Source: a virus. Taken from it: a DNA stretch of 64,000 nucleotides. Positions 48,362 through 55,770 of the stretch are shown here, in pieces (within the stretch, counting starts at the first letter, position 1; every line of letters starts with the position of its first letter). The translations under genes were made by a program, and so were the position numbers. Below the pieces are notes generated by a model. That model saw only the letters and a program-made list of their open reading frames with translations, had not been told where the DNA came from and made no database searches. Location: positions 32,001 through 96,000 of the IMG/VR virus record IMGVR_UViG_3300034684_000096; one strand, given 5' to 3'.

Positions 48362-48867
48362 AATTCATCAAATAAAGGAAGCCATTCTTGAATATCCTTT
48401 TCTGTTTCTGGGTGAAAAATCATACTGTTTTTATGTTTACGATAATAGACTGATGTACTCATTTCACGGTATAAAAGAGTTTCCACTGTTAAATTAAGCA
48501 ACACCTTGAACAGCATATAAGTAGGTATCTTTATTGGCTCAATACCATCTTTGTTTACTAACATCCAATACTGCCACCGATAATCTTCAAAATGTTGTAA
48601 TTCCAACATAGCGTACTCATGCTCATCTTTGCTATACGCATTCCCTAGAGTATTCCTATCATATAGTACAGAAGAGTACTCCCTAGAGAAATTAAAGTAG
48701 TCATATATTTTAATCTTACTCTTAACTCTGCTTGCCTCTTCTTCTGATAGTGTACTTAAGTATGTTTTCACTTTCGGAAAAGTCTGCAATCTTATTAATA
48801 AATGTTTATATACCTTTTGTCGTAAAGCAAATATTGAGTAATAGTTAGTCTTCTTCTGGTACTTCAT
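48253..48867 (-). CDS. Hypothetical protein
   Basis: 204-aa ORF coupled to the upstream stop. Confidence 0.65.
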   Translation of the reverse strand: MKYQKKTNYYSIFALRQKVYKHLLIRLQTFPKVKTYLSTLSEEEASRVKSKIKIYDYFNFSREYSSVLYDRNTLGNAYSKDEHEYAMLELQHFEDYRWQYWMLVNKDGIEPIKIPTYMLFKVLLNLTVETLLYREMSTSVYYRKHKNSMIFHPETEKDIQEWLPLFDELCIHARSTSWLRLTLLHWDERNLTEMSMLGQYERAT

Positions 48868-49106
48868 ACAACTTCTAACCTGTCACCTATGCCTAAAATT
48901 CTTACATCTAATGCACAAGTTCCAGAAAAGTAGTCACCTGTACCATCAGGAACTAAGAAGTACTTTCCTAACTCCTCATTATATGTACAAAGAACTAATC
49001 TTCCCTCATGAGGGGTAGTGTGGTCAACGACTTCTGCAATATCTCCTAATTCTAGTGTATGCATTTCAACAACAGGAGCTTCATTTCTTACTAACTTCAA
49101 TTTCAT
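48864..49106 (-). CDS. Hypothetical protein, paralog of 10239-10544
   Basis: AGGAG RBS; shared pattern. Confidence 0.7.
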   Translation of the reverse strand: MKLKLVRNEAPVVEMHTLELGDIAEVVDHTTPHEGRLVLCTYNEELGKYFLVPDGTGDYFSGTCALDVRILGIGDRLEVV

Positions 49107-49115
49107 ACTGTTCTC

Positions 49116-49736
49116 CTAATATCTCTTGCCGTGCTTAAATTCTCTCGTAACGTTATACCTATGTTTTAGTTCTGCAAATTCAATAAGTTCAAAATCATAC
49201 TCATACTTAGCGAGATACATAACAAGATAAATTACATCACACAGGTGTCCAGCAATATCATCAGTCTCTGCCATCCAAGCCACATATTTCTCCATAAGAA
49301 GCAGTATCTTTTTTGGATTAGTATAGGTTTTCTTACCTTTTTCATCATCCCAAACTAACCTACTTAATAATTCGGAGACATCATCAAGGTACTTTTGTAG
49401 TGTAGGTGTGTCTCTGTCATTCTCTAATTCATATCCATATAAATCTAGACATCTGATAAAGAAGTCTGTTAATTCCATTTCAAAAGTATCTTTTAAAAGA
49501 AATTCAAATAGAGTCGTCCAGCTTTCAGAACCTTCGTTGTAAGCATCAACCACTTTCTGTACATCGGCTTCCTTAGCGTGTAACCACTTACGGTCAGCTT
49601 CAATCGCCTCAGATATTTCACAGTTAAGAAGTAGCAAGGAGTTAATCAGGTCAAAATCTAAGTAAAACCCCTTAGTAACGGCATTTTTATGAAATATTTC
49701 CACGTAATCATCTAAGTCTTTTCCTATCGTCCCCAT
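49116..49736 (-). CDS. MazG/dUTPase-superfamily NTP pyrophosphohydrolase
   Basis: CEISEAIEADR, ELTDFFIRCLD, KHRYNVTREFKHGKRY. Confidence 0.8.
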   Translation of the reverse strand: MGTIGKDLDDYVEIFHKNAVTKGFYLDFDLINSLLLLNCEISEAIEADRKWLHAKEADVQKVVDAYNEGSESWTTLFEFLLKDTFEMELTDFFIRCLDLYGYELENDRDTPTLQKYLDDVSELLSRLVWDDEKGKKTYTNPKKILLLMEKYVAWMAETDDIAGHLCDVIYLVMYLAKYEYDFELIEFAELKHRYNVTREFKHGKRY

Positions 49737-50110
49737 TTTTCCCTCTTTTCATCTGAAATCTGTTCCACAAAATCTGGGTAGGTAAGCAGTTTGTCAAGGT
49801 ATTCGTCAAATGGAATATCTTTCTTATTTTCCCTGTCCCAGATAAGAAATAGTACATCACAAGCCAAATGTGCTAAATGTGACTCACCTGATTCCTTATC
49901 AAACTCTTCTCCATCATTGAAGTACTGTTTCCAATGACGAATAATTGCATCTGCATATGCTGCTTTATGAGGAACATACTTCCAATTATTTTTACAATAT
50001 TTCGTAGTAGCACCATAATTTAACACATCTATGACGGGCAGTAAGGCATCCATAGGAAGTAAACTCCATCTAGCCTTATCTTTATATTCCTTTACACCAT
50101 TATCATCCAT
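49724..50110 (-). CDS. dATP/dGTP diphosphohydrolase domain protein (DUF5664)
   Basis: K.RWSLLP...VLNYGAxKYxxNNW...A..RH...GEEFDKESGESHLAHLACDVLFL. Confidence 0.85.
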   Translation of the reverse strand: MDDNGVKEYKDKARWSLLPMDALLPVIDVLNYGATTKYCKNNWKYVPHKAAYADAIIRHWKQYFNDGEEFDKESGESHLAHLACDVLFLIWDRENKKDIPFDEYLDKLLTYPDFVEQISDEKREKWGR

Positions 50111-50111
50111 T

Positions 50112-50555
50112 CTATCTTTCCCTCCGATACTCTAAGTCAAACCAGTCACAATACATATCACGATATTCCACAGGAAGATGCTCTGGGTATTTAACCTCAG
50201 GTAAAGGCTCATATTTAACAAAAGGTTTCTTTACCATAACTACCAAATCATCCGGTATAGATGAATCTTCTATTGGCAATAGATTAAACCACAGCTCATA
50301 ATACAAATGCTGTTGTATCCACTGTACATTGTTAGGACTTAAACGTATACTACTGATATCATATGCATACCCTTCATTAGGTGTGCTCATATAGGTAAAC
50401 TCAAATAATCTATCACACCACTCTAAATACATCTCAAGATTTTTGTTAAAATTAGAAGCATGTGGTCTAAATCTAGTACGAAACACAAACTTAAAAGGTA
50501 ATTCTATCTTTTTATCAAAATCCTTAATAAAAACTATCTCAGGGCTTGTATACAT
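50112..50555 (-). CDS. Hypothetical protein
   Basis: Packed ORF with GAGG RBS. Confidence 0.7.
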   Translation of the reverse strand: MYTSPEIVFIKDFDKKIELPFKFVFRTRFRPHASNFNKNLEMYLEWCDRLFEFTYMSTPNEGYAYDISSIRLSPNNVQWIQQHLYYELWFNLLPIEDSSIPDDLVVMVKKPFVKYEPLPEVKYPEHLPVEYRDMYCDWFDLEYRRER

Positions 50556-50826
50556 CCAAAAACCTCTCTTCTAGACTACGTGCCAAGTGAGTGTTACAGG
50601 CTTCAATTACTTCTTCCACTGAAACACCAGTATACAGCTTCTCTGTCTCATACTTGAACTCAGTAGAGGTATCCACAAACTGACAAGTCCATATACCGTT
50701 TTTGTATTGTGCAATATAATGACCATACACACCTTGTGATGCCAAAATATCCATATCCTCGCTATAATCAAACACCAATGGTCTTATTGTATACATTATC
50801 CAAACATCCCCGCTATTCTTTTCCAA
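50539..50826 (-). CDS. Hypothetical protein; true start probably at MYTIR
   Basis: Packed ORF. Confidence 0.65.
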   Translation of the reverse strand: MEKNSGDVWIMYTIRPLVFDYSEDMDILASQGVYGHYIAQYKNGIWTCQFVDTSTEFKYETEKLYTGVSVEEVIEACNTHLARSLEERFLDVYKP

Positions 50827-51104
50827 AACCCATATCCTTCATAGGTACTACTCCAATCAAATAACTCACTCAATAAAGCATCGTCCTTGATATATGTATA
50901 AATAAGTTCTGGTCCGTGCTGTGAAATACCGTGCATTACTGCAACAGTCCAAACAATATCTAACCCTATTTCCTGCAAATTCTTCTTCAATGTACAGTTA
51001 GGAGTGTTTTCTGTGATAGAGTTTACCAACGGTGCATAAAATGAGTTCTTATCCATCATCTTTGTCAATGTGTATTCAAAATCAGTATCTGTGTATTTCT
51101 TCAT
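50796..51104 (-). CDS. Hypothetical protein with FDWSSTYEGYGFW motif
   Basis: AGGAG RBS; motif shared with two other ORFs. Confidence 0.7.
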   Translation of the reverse strand: MKKYTDTDFEYTLTKMMDKNSFYAPLVNSITENTPNCTLKKNLQEIGLDIVWTVAVMHGISQHGPELIYTYIKDDALLSELFDWSSTYEGYGFWKRIAGMFG

Positions 51105-51334
51105 GCTTGCTCCTGCTCCTCTGGTGACTTACTAAATAAAAGAAACAAAAATACTATAATAAATAAAATTGCTCCCGTTCCTGCAAGTAGAATTGTTGGG
51201 GCTAAAACGTATAACCATGTCCAATTAATTACATCAAGCAGTTTTAAGATAACAAATGGCAATTGTAAGAGAAGATAATTCAACACCTTCAATTGCCATG
51301 CTACTGAGTTTACCTGTACTATTAGTTGTTCCAT
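51101..51334 (-). CDS. Small membrane protein, paralog of 54740-54952
   Basis: FVILKL..VI.W.WL.VLAP. Confidence 0.75.
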   Translation of the reverse strand: MEQLIVQVNSVAWQLKVLNYLLLQLPFVILKLLDVINWTWLYVLAPTILLAGTGAILFIIVFLFLLFSKSPEEQEQA

Positions 51335-51735
51335 TAATCACTCTCCAGTACTAATGTGTTTTCCTCTAACTCTTCATCAACAGTAATCCACGGTTTGTAA
51401 AAGTCTGTGTTTAATAACTTATCCTTAAAATACTCAAACACATTACTCGCCATGTTAATTTTTGAGGCTTCCGGGAACTCTTCTTTAATGCTTTCAAGAA
51501 ACTGATTATATTTTATAGCATTCTCTTTTACAATATCCTTCCAACACTTAGTCTTTCTTACTATTCCTGCATAAGAAGTCATTCCCAGCTCTTCTGGGTT
51601 AAACTCTAATGTGAATGGATATTCTGGTGATATCATTTCTTCTACTTCTGTGTCTTCTTCAGTTACCTTTAGTGGTAAATCCAATACCTGCTTATCAATA
51701 GTTATTTTGTAATCATCTACTTCATCGTTGTTCAT
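51334..51735 (-). CDS. Acidic hypothetical protein
   Basis: ORF with GAGG RBS. Confidence 0.7.
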   Translation of the reverse strand: MNNDEVDDYKITIDKQVLDLPLKVTEEDTEVEEMISPEYPFTLEFNPEELGMTSYAGIVRKTKCWKDIVKENAIKYNQFLESIKEEFPEASKINMASNVFEYFKDKLLNTDFYKPWITVDEELEENTLVLESD

Positions 51736-51863
51736 CTATATCTTCCTCTTCATCTTCGTCATAAGCCAAACACATAAGAGTATGTGCTTCTTCATCATAA
51801 TCATCATCTTCATCAATATATTCAGAAAGCCTCAAATTACACTCTCCTATGTGTTAAATGCTA

Positions 51864-51947
51864 TACTCAGGGAGGGACTTGAACCCTCACATCCGAAGAC
51901 ACTAGCTCCTTAAACTAGCGTGTTTACCAATATTACACCACTTGGCA
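51864..51947 (-). tRNA. tRNA-Leu(AAG) with mismatched acceptor stem (possibly pseudo or split)
   Basis: Anticodon arm CTAGT-TTAAGGA-GCTAG; long variable arm; T arm GAGGG-TTCAAGT-CCCTC; acceptor TGCCAAG/CCTGAGT pairs poorly. Confidence 0.65.
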
Positions 51948-51950
51948 ATT

Positions 51951-52024
51951 TAGCTAGGGAGGAACTCGAATCCTCATTCATCGAATTTTAAGTCCGATTG
52001 CGTTACCATTTAGCATACCTAGCC
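51951..52024 (-). tRNA. tRNA-Leu(TAA) with short variable loop
   Basis: GGCTAGG/CCTAGCT; TCGGA-CTTAAAA-TTCGA; GAGGA-TTCGAGT-TCCTC. Confidence 0.8.
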
Positions 52025-52032
52025 ATATATCT

Positions 52033-52785
52033 TTATAACTTAATTCCGAGACTTTTAAGGTCTTCTTTTTCTAAAATTATAATCTTTCTATTAGGATTAT
52101 AATTTAAAACTGCTTCCATCTTTCTCCTATCATCAACTCTACCATCAGCAGTTTTCCAATAATATCCTTTAACCTCAACAAAAGAGTTAGAGTCTGGAAG
52201 ATAGAAATCAGGATAATAATAATGAGTATAATCATCTTCAAAAAGCTTATATTTTAAATGTTTTTTCTTAGTTTTTTCCCAATTAATGTTATTCTCATTT
52301 AAATATATAGCATATTTGTACTCCCAACTTCCTTGAAGAGAAACTTCTCTATTCATATAAGGACTAAATAGTTTATACCATTTTGTTCTTACACAACCAT
52401 TATTTCTTACTCCCATACTATTTGATATTTTTTGTTTTGTCTCTTTTGTATGCTTTCTTCCTAAAAAAGGTGGAGCAATCTTATTTTCTTTTATATTATT
52501 TGTATAGGTTTTTCCTTGTTTTATTCTACTTTCTTTTTCTTTTTCTTTATTATTCTCTCTCCACTCTTCTGAAGCCATTCCAAAAGGTCCTTTTCTATCT
52601 TTAAAAGAATAACTCTTAGGATATTCTTTATGAGCTTTTTTAACCCCTTTTGAATTTTTTTGCTTATTAATTGGACATTTAGAAGGTGAGCTTTCACAAA
52701 TTAATTTTCCATTTTTTAATCTATATTTTGCTACATTTCCACATCCATAATAACACAGTTCTTCTGTTTCTATTTTTTCTAGCAT
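52033..52785 (-). CDS. NUMOD3-containing PD-(D/E)XK homing-type endonuclease
   Basis: CYYGCG zinc motif; GRKHTKETKQKIS NUMOD3; GSWE...YYPDFYL...VEVKGY; AT-richer than neighbours. Confidence 0.85.
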   Translation of the reverse strand: MLEKIETEELCYYGCGNVAKYRLKNGKLICESSPSKCPINKQKNSKGVKKAHKEYPKSYSFKDRKGPFGMASEEWRENNKEKEKESRIKQGKTYTNNIKENKIAPPFLGRKHTKETKQKISNSMGVRNNGCVRTKWYKLFSPYMNREVSLQGSWEYKYAIYLNENNINWEKTKKKHLKYKLFEDDYTHYYYPDFYLPDSNSFVEVKGYYWKTADGRVDDRRKMEAVLNYNPNRKIIILEKEDLKSLGIKL

Positions 52786-52830
52786 ATTATAACCCTCTCA
52801 TTATTATAATAATTATAATATCTATAATAA

Positions 52831-52850
52831 GCCTATTCCACCACCTAAGC
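52831..52850 (-). pseudogene. Orphan 5' fragment of a tRNA-Leu
   Basis: GCTTAGG-TG-GTGGAATAGGC; GCTTAGG pairs with CCTGAGT at 51865-51871. Confidence 0.6.
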
Positions 52851-52858
52851 AAAATCAA

Positions 52859-52931
52859 TCAGAATGGTAGGACTCGAACCTACGACTTCCTGAATCCAAA
52901 TCAGGCACGCTACCAACTGCGCCACACTCTG
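52859..52931 (-). tRNA. tRNA-Pro(TGG)
   Basis: CAGAGTG/CATTCTG; CCTGA-TTTGGAT-TCAGG; canonical D and T arms. Confidence 0.95.
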
Positions 52932-52950
52932 AAGATGTGTTATACACACA

Positions 52951-54477
52951 TCATGTAATTTTTACAAACTCTGTGTTTAATGCAGTAATCACAGATGCAT
53001 ATCGCTCACTCTCTAAAACTGAGTTCATATATGCTACAGGGTCTGCACCACCCGTGACTGAACTAAATACAGAAGGAGACAGTCCAGAAACCAGTACCAC
53101 ATTGTCCTCATTATACCTAACAGGTATTGTATCATTCCTAGCCGATGCATTCCAGAACACAATCTTAGGCATCTCTACCCCAGCTTCTTTAAACGCTTGC
53201 TTAGCTCTATCAAAGTTACTTACTTTGTGAACCTCAGAGGAATCAAACTCCATATCGGTAACAAAGATAAGTGTATTAGGTACATCTTTTTTGTTTGCCA
53301 ATTGAGCAGACTGTAAGAAAATATCAAACACTGCATTGATGTTTGTGCTATACCCAACTCCTGTATCTTCAACAAAAGAAACTTTTGAGTAGATATCCTT
53401 TGTATCAGGTACTGAAATCAATTTAGGGTTAGAAGAAAACGTCATATACTTTCCAGCAAATGCCCCTGTATTCCTTTCTGCAAAATAGATAGCTAGAGCG
53501 ATAGACACAGACATCGGATGATAAGGAGTATCTCCCCATGTCATGGAGTTAGATACATCTGCTACCACAAGTGCTTTCATATCTTTGCCAACATAGTTAG
53601 GTAGATTATACCAAAGCATATTTGCATCTTCACGTGCATACTCTTTTTCTCGGACCTTTTCTACAATCTGATAAGGGTAAAGAGTAGAGGTATTTACTTT
53701 CTCAGTACCGCCCAATACTGCTTGTCGATACTCCGTGTACCTTTCCTCATCATGTCTTTTAAAAGCTTTCACATGTTTAAACATAGCTTGCGAAGGAACG
53801 TGAGGATAGTCAATAGAAGCCCACTCTTGAGCAGACATCTTCTGTTCAAGAATATTCAACACAGAACGCAATGTTGACAATGTTTTGCGATATTCTTTAT
53901 AAGAGTATCCTATTTTTCTAGCAAAGAATTGTGCTTTCTTTACAGTCTCTTTAGAAGATGTGTTAATAGAAGGCATCCACTTAGCTAACAGTGATACTGA
54001 ACCTTGTATCTCGTCAGTATATCTATCCCGTGCATTTACAACAGACAAATCAGCTCTCAACTGTGAAATAATAATGGAAAGAGCAAGTCCATCGTCGTGA
54101 GCGTATGCAATTTCTACTAAATCATCCCACCTACCATACTCCGCTACCAAATATAGTAGATTATGTATCTTACTTCTTCCAAAATCTGTCACAAAAATAG
54201 GGTAATATTTGTGAAAAACTACTCTGAAGAATCTACGTTCTCCTTGTCCACCTCGTACATCACGAAGATAGAAAAGGCATACCAGTGCTTTTACTTTATC
54301 TTCCGTATAAGCTTGGTAAAACAAAGAACAGATATCTTCGTCTGTTCTTGAACGGTATGCTCCCCCTAAGGCAAACATATCTAGTACTTTAACTAAACTG
54401 GAGCTATAGGCCATAGCTCCGTTCTCGGTTACTTTCTCCGTAAGTGTAGACTCCATTCTCTCAAAAAATGTATTCAT
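52951..54477 (-). CDS. DUF2828-family protein (TROVE/Ro60-like helical domain plus C-terminal vWA)
   Basis: TENGA, LRDVRGGQGERRFFR, EYGRWDDL, LAKWMPS, YPHVPSQAM, TLYPYQIV, MIDAS ADVSNSM, TDMEFD, IVFWN. Confidence 0.9.
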   Translation of the reverse strand: MNTFFERMESTLTEKVTENGAMAYSSSLVKVLDMFALGGAYRSRTDEDICSLFYQAYTEDKVKALVCLFYLRDVRGGQGERRFFRVVFHKYYPIFVTDFGRSKIHNLLYLVAEYGRWDDLVEIAYAHDDGLALSIIISQLRADLSVVNARDRYTDEIQGSVSLLAKWMPSINTSSKETVKKAQFFARKIGYSYKEYRKTLSTLRSVLNILEQKMSAQEWASIDYPHVPSQAMFKHVKAFKRHDEERYTEYRQAVLGGTEKVNTSTLYPYQIVEKVREKEYAREDANMLWYNLPNYVGKDMKALVVADVSNSMTWGDTPYHPMSVSIALAIYFAERNTGAFAGKYMTFSSNPKLISVPDTKDIYSKVSFVEDTGVGYSTNINAVFDIFLQSAQLANKKDVPNTLIFVTDMEFDSSEVHKVSNFDRAKQAFKEAGVEMPKIVFWNASARNDTIPVRYNEDNVVLVSGLSPSVFSSVTGGADPVAYMNSVLESERYASVITALNTEFVKIT

Positions 54478-54489
54478 TGTAAACTCCTC

Positions 54490-54685
54490 GACGCATTTTT
54501 TTATTACACCAAATAAATATTTCTGCTGTTTGCGTCAATAAAACCTAGATGCGAAATTGTTTTCTAAACCTATTATAGAATTAATTATTGCTTGCTGTAT
54601 GCATCTATTGTATTCATTTCAAAAAACATGACACATATAAAATTCAACTTAAAAGGTTGGTCTATAGATTTGCTGTTTGTGTCAT
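54490..54685 (-). ncRNA. Array of three ACAGCA-bulge hairpins in the DUF2828 leader
   Basis: Stems GACGCA/TGCGTC, TAGATGC/GCATCTA, ATGACACA/TGTGTCAT, each followed by an unpaired WACAGCA. Confidence 0.75.
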
Positions 54686-54698
54686 CCTTTATACTCAT

Positions 54699-54727
54699 AT
54701 ACTATCACATTTTCATCATCTTGTCAA
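54699..54727 (-). promoter_or_regulatory. Sigma70-type promoter driving the hairpin array and DUF2828
   Basis: TTGACA-17 bp-TAGTAT with extended TG. Confidence 0.75.
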
Positions 54728-54739
54728 GTACTTTTCACA

Positions 54740-54952
54740 TTATTCTTTACTTTTTTTGTCAAGTATTACACTTGCTATAATAAGAACAATTAGTAAGAAA
54801 ATACCTAAACAAGCAGGTATCCATATTGGTGCCAATACCCACAACCAACTCCATTCGATTACACCAACGAGTTTCAGTATTACAAAAGCCACCGCCAATA
54901 AATTGGCAAAACTTACCGCTTGTACAGTTACAGTACCATTTTCTTCTTGCAT
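54740..54952 (-). CDS. Small phage membrane protein
   Basis: FVILKLVGVIEWSWLWVLAPIWIP; AGGAG RBS. Confidence 0.8.
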   Translation of the reverse strand: MQEENGTVTVQAVSFANLLAVAFVILKLVGVIEWSWLWVLAPIWIPACLGIFLLIVLIIASVILDKKSKE

Positions 54953-55062
54953 TATCTACTCCTTACAGTCTACAAATGGTATTCCCATTGACACTTACCT
55001 TCTTTCTTATGTGTTTTATAGGTTCTACACACTATATTGATAAAATATAGAACCTATATTGT

Positions 55063-55144
55063 TGCCTAGGGAGGGACTCGAACCCTCACGTCTGGAGACA
55101 CTGGTTTCTAAGACCAGCACGTATACCCATTCCATCACCTAGGC
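55063..55144 (-). tRNA. tRNA-Leu(TAG)
   Basis: GCCTAGG/CCTAGGC; CTGGT-CTTAGAA-ACCAG; long variable arm. Confidence 0.95.
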
Positions 55145-55148
55145 GTTT

Positions 55149-55221
55149 CGTATAGCGTAGGGCTTGAACCTACAACCCTCTGATTAACAGTCAGAAGCTC
55201 TACCAATTGAGCTAGCTACAC
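55149..55221 (-). tRNA. tRNA-Asn(GTT)
   Basis: GTGTAGC/GCTATAC, G73; TCTGA-CTGTTAA-TCAGA. Confidence 0.93.
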
Positions 55222-55226
55222 ATGAG

Positions 55227-55310
55227 CGGAACAAGGAGGATTTGAACCTCAACGTTTTACCGTCAATCGGTTTAGCAAACCGTTGTACATCCCCTGTACT
55301 TCTCTGTTCC
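55227..55310 (-). tRNA. tRNA-Ser(GCT) with atypical D arm
   Basis: GGAACAG/TTGTTCC, G73; CGGT-TTGCTAA-ACCG; long variable arm. Confidence 0.75.
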
Positions 55311-55313
55311 TCC

Positions 55314-55418
55314 TAATTAAGTACCTCTTACCGTTCTATGCCTCTGAACTACTGCCCCTGCCTCTCGGAGTGACCTTCTGGATTTGAACCAGTGTTTGTA
55401 ATCTACAGTACTTAATTA
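55314..55418 (-). ncRNA. Circularly permuted tRNA-like RNA (YrlA/Y-RNA-like topology)
   Basis: 11-bp terminal stem TAATTAAGTAC/GTACTTAATTA; T arm CTGG-TTCAAAT-CCAG precedes D arm TA-GTTC-AGAGGCATA-GAAC. Confidence 0.65.
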
Positions 55419-55423
55419 TTTTA

Positions 55424-55493
55424 TAGCTAAGGGAGGACTCGAACCTCTACGCAGTCATGCTTATGAGACAGACCGGCAACCTTGCACTCAGCG
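55424..55493 (-). tRNA. Degenerate tRNA with CAT anticodon and truncated D arm
   Basis: CGCTGAG/CTTAGCT with 1:72 mismatch; loop CTCATAA; T arm GAGG-TTCGAGT-CCTC. Confidence 0.6.
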
Positions 55494-55633
55494 ATGAGCG
55501 GGCAGTTTTTCAATTTATCTATGGCTACCCCGCATTCTCCACAGTTTAGTCAGGAGCTACCCGACCTACTCTAATCTGTACGGACTTTTCTTTTACGATG
55601 CAGTCCTACATCATTATGCTCGTTACAGCGGAA

Positions 55634-55705
55634 AGCCAGCAGAAGGATTTGAACCTCCACCAAACAGTGTACAAGGCTGTTATCATGCCATTAGACCATG
55701 CTGGC
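55634..55705 (-). tRNA. tRNA-Thr(TGT)
   Basis: GCCAGCA/TGCTGGC, U73; loop CTTGTAC; one anticodon-stem mismatch. Confidence 0.85.
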
Positions 55706-55770
55706 AAAATGTAGTGGGTTTCCTCTACTGCGCTAGTAGAAGCATAAACAACTTCACCCACAAAGCATTT

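Noticed and set aside
51948-52830. Group I intron in the tRNA-Leu
   Set aside because: No recognisable P7 core; the interval is filled by an ORF and another tRNA
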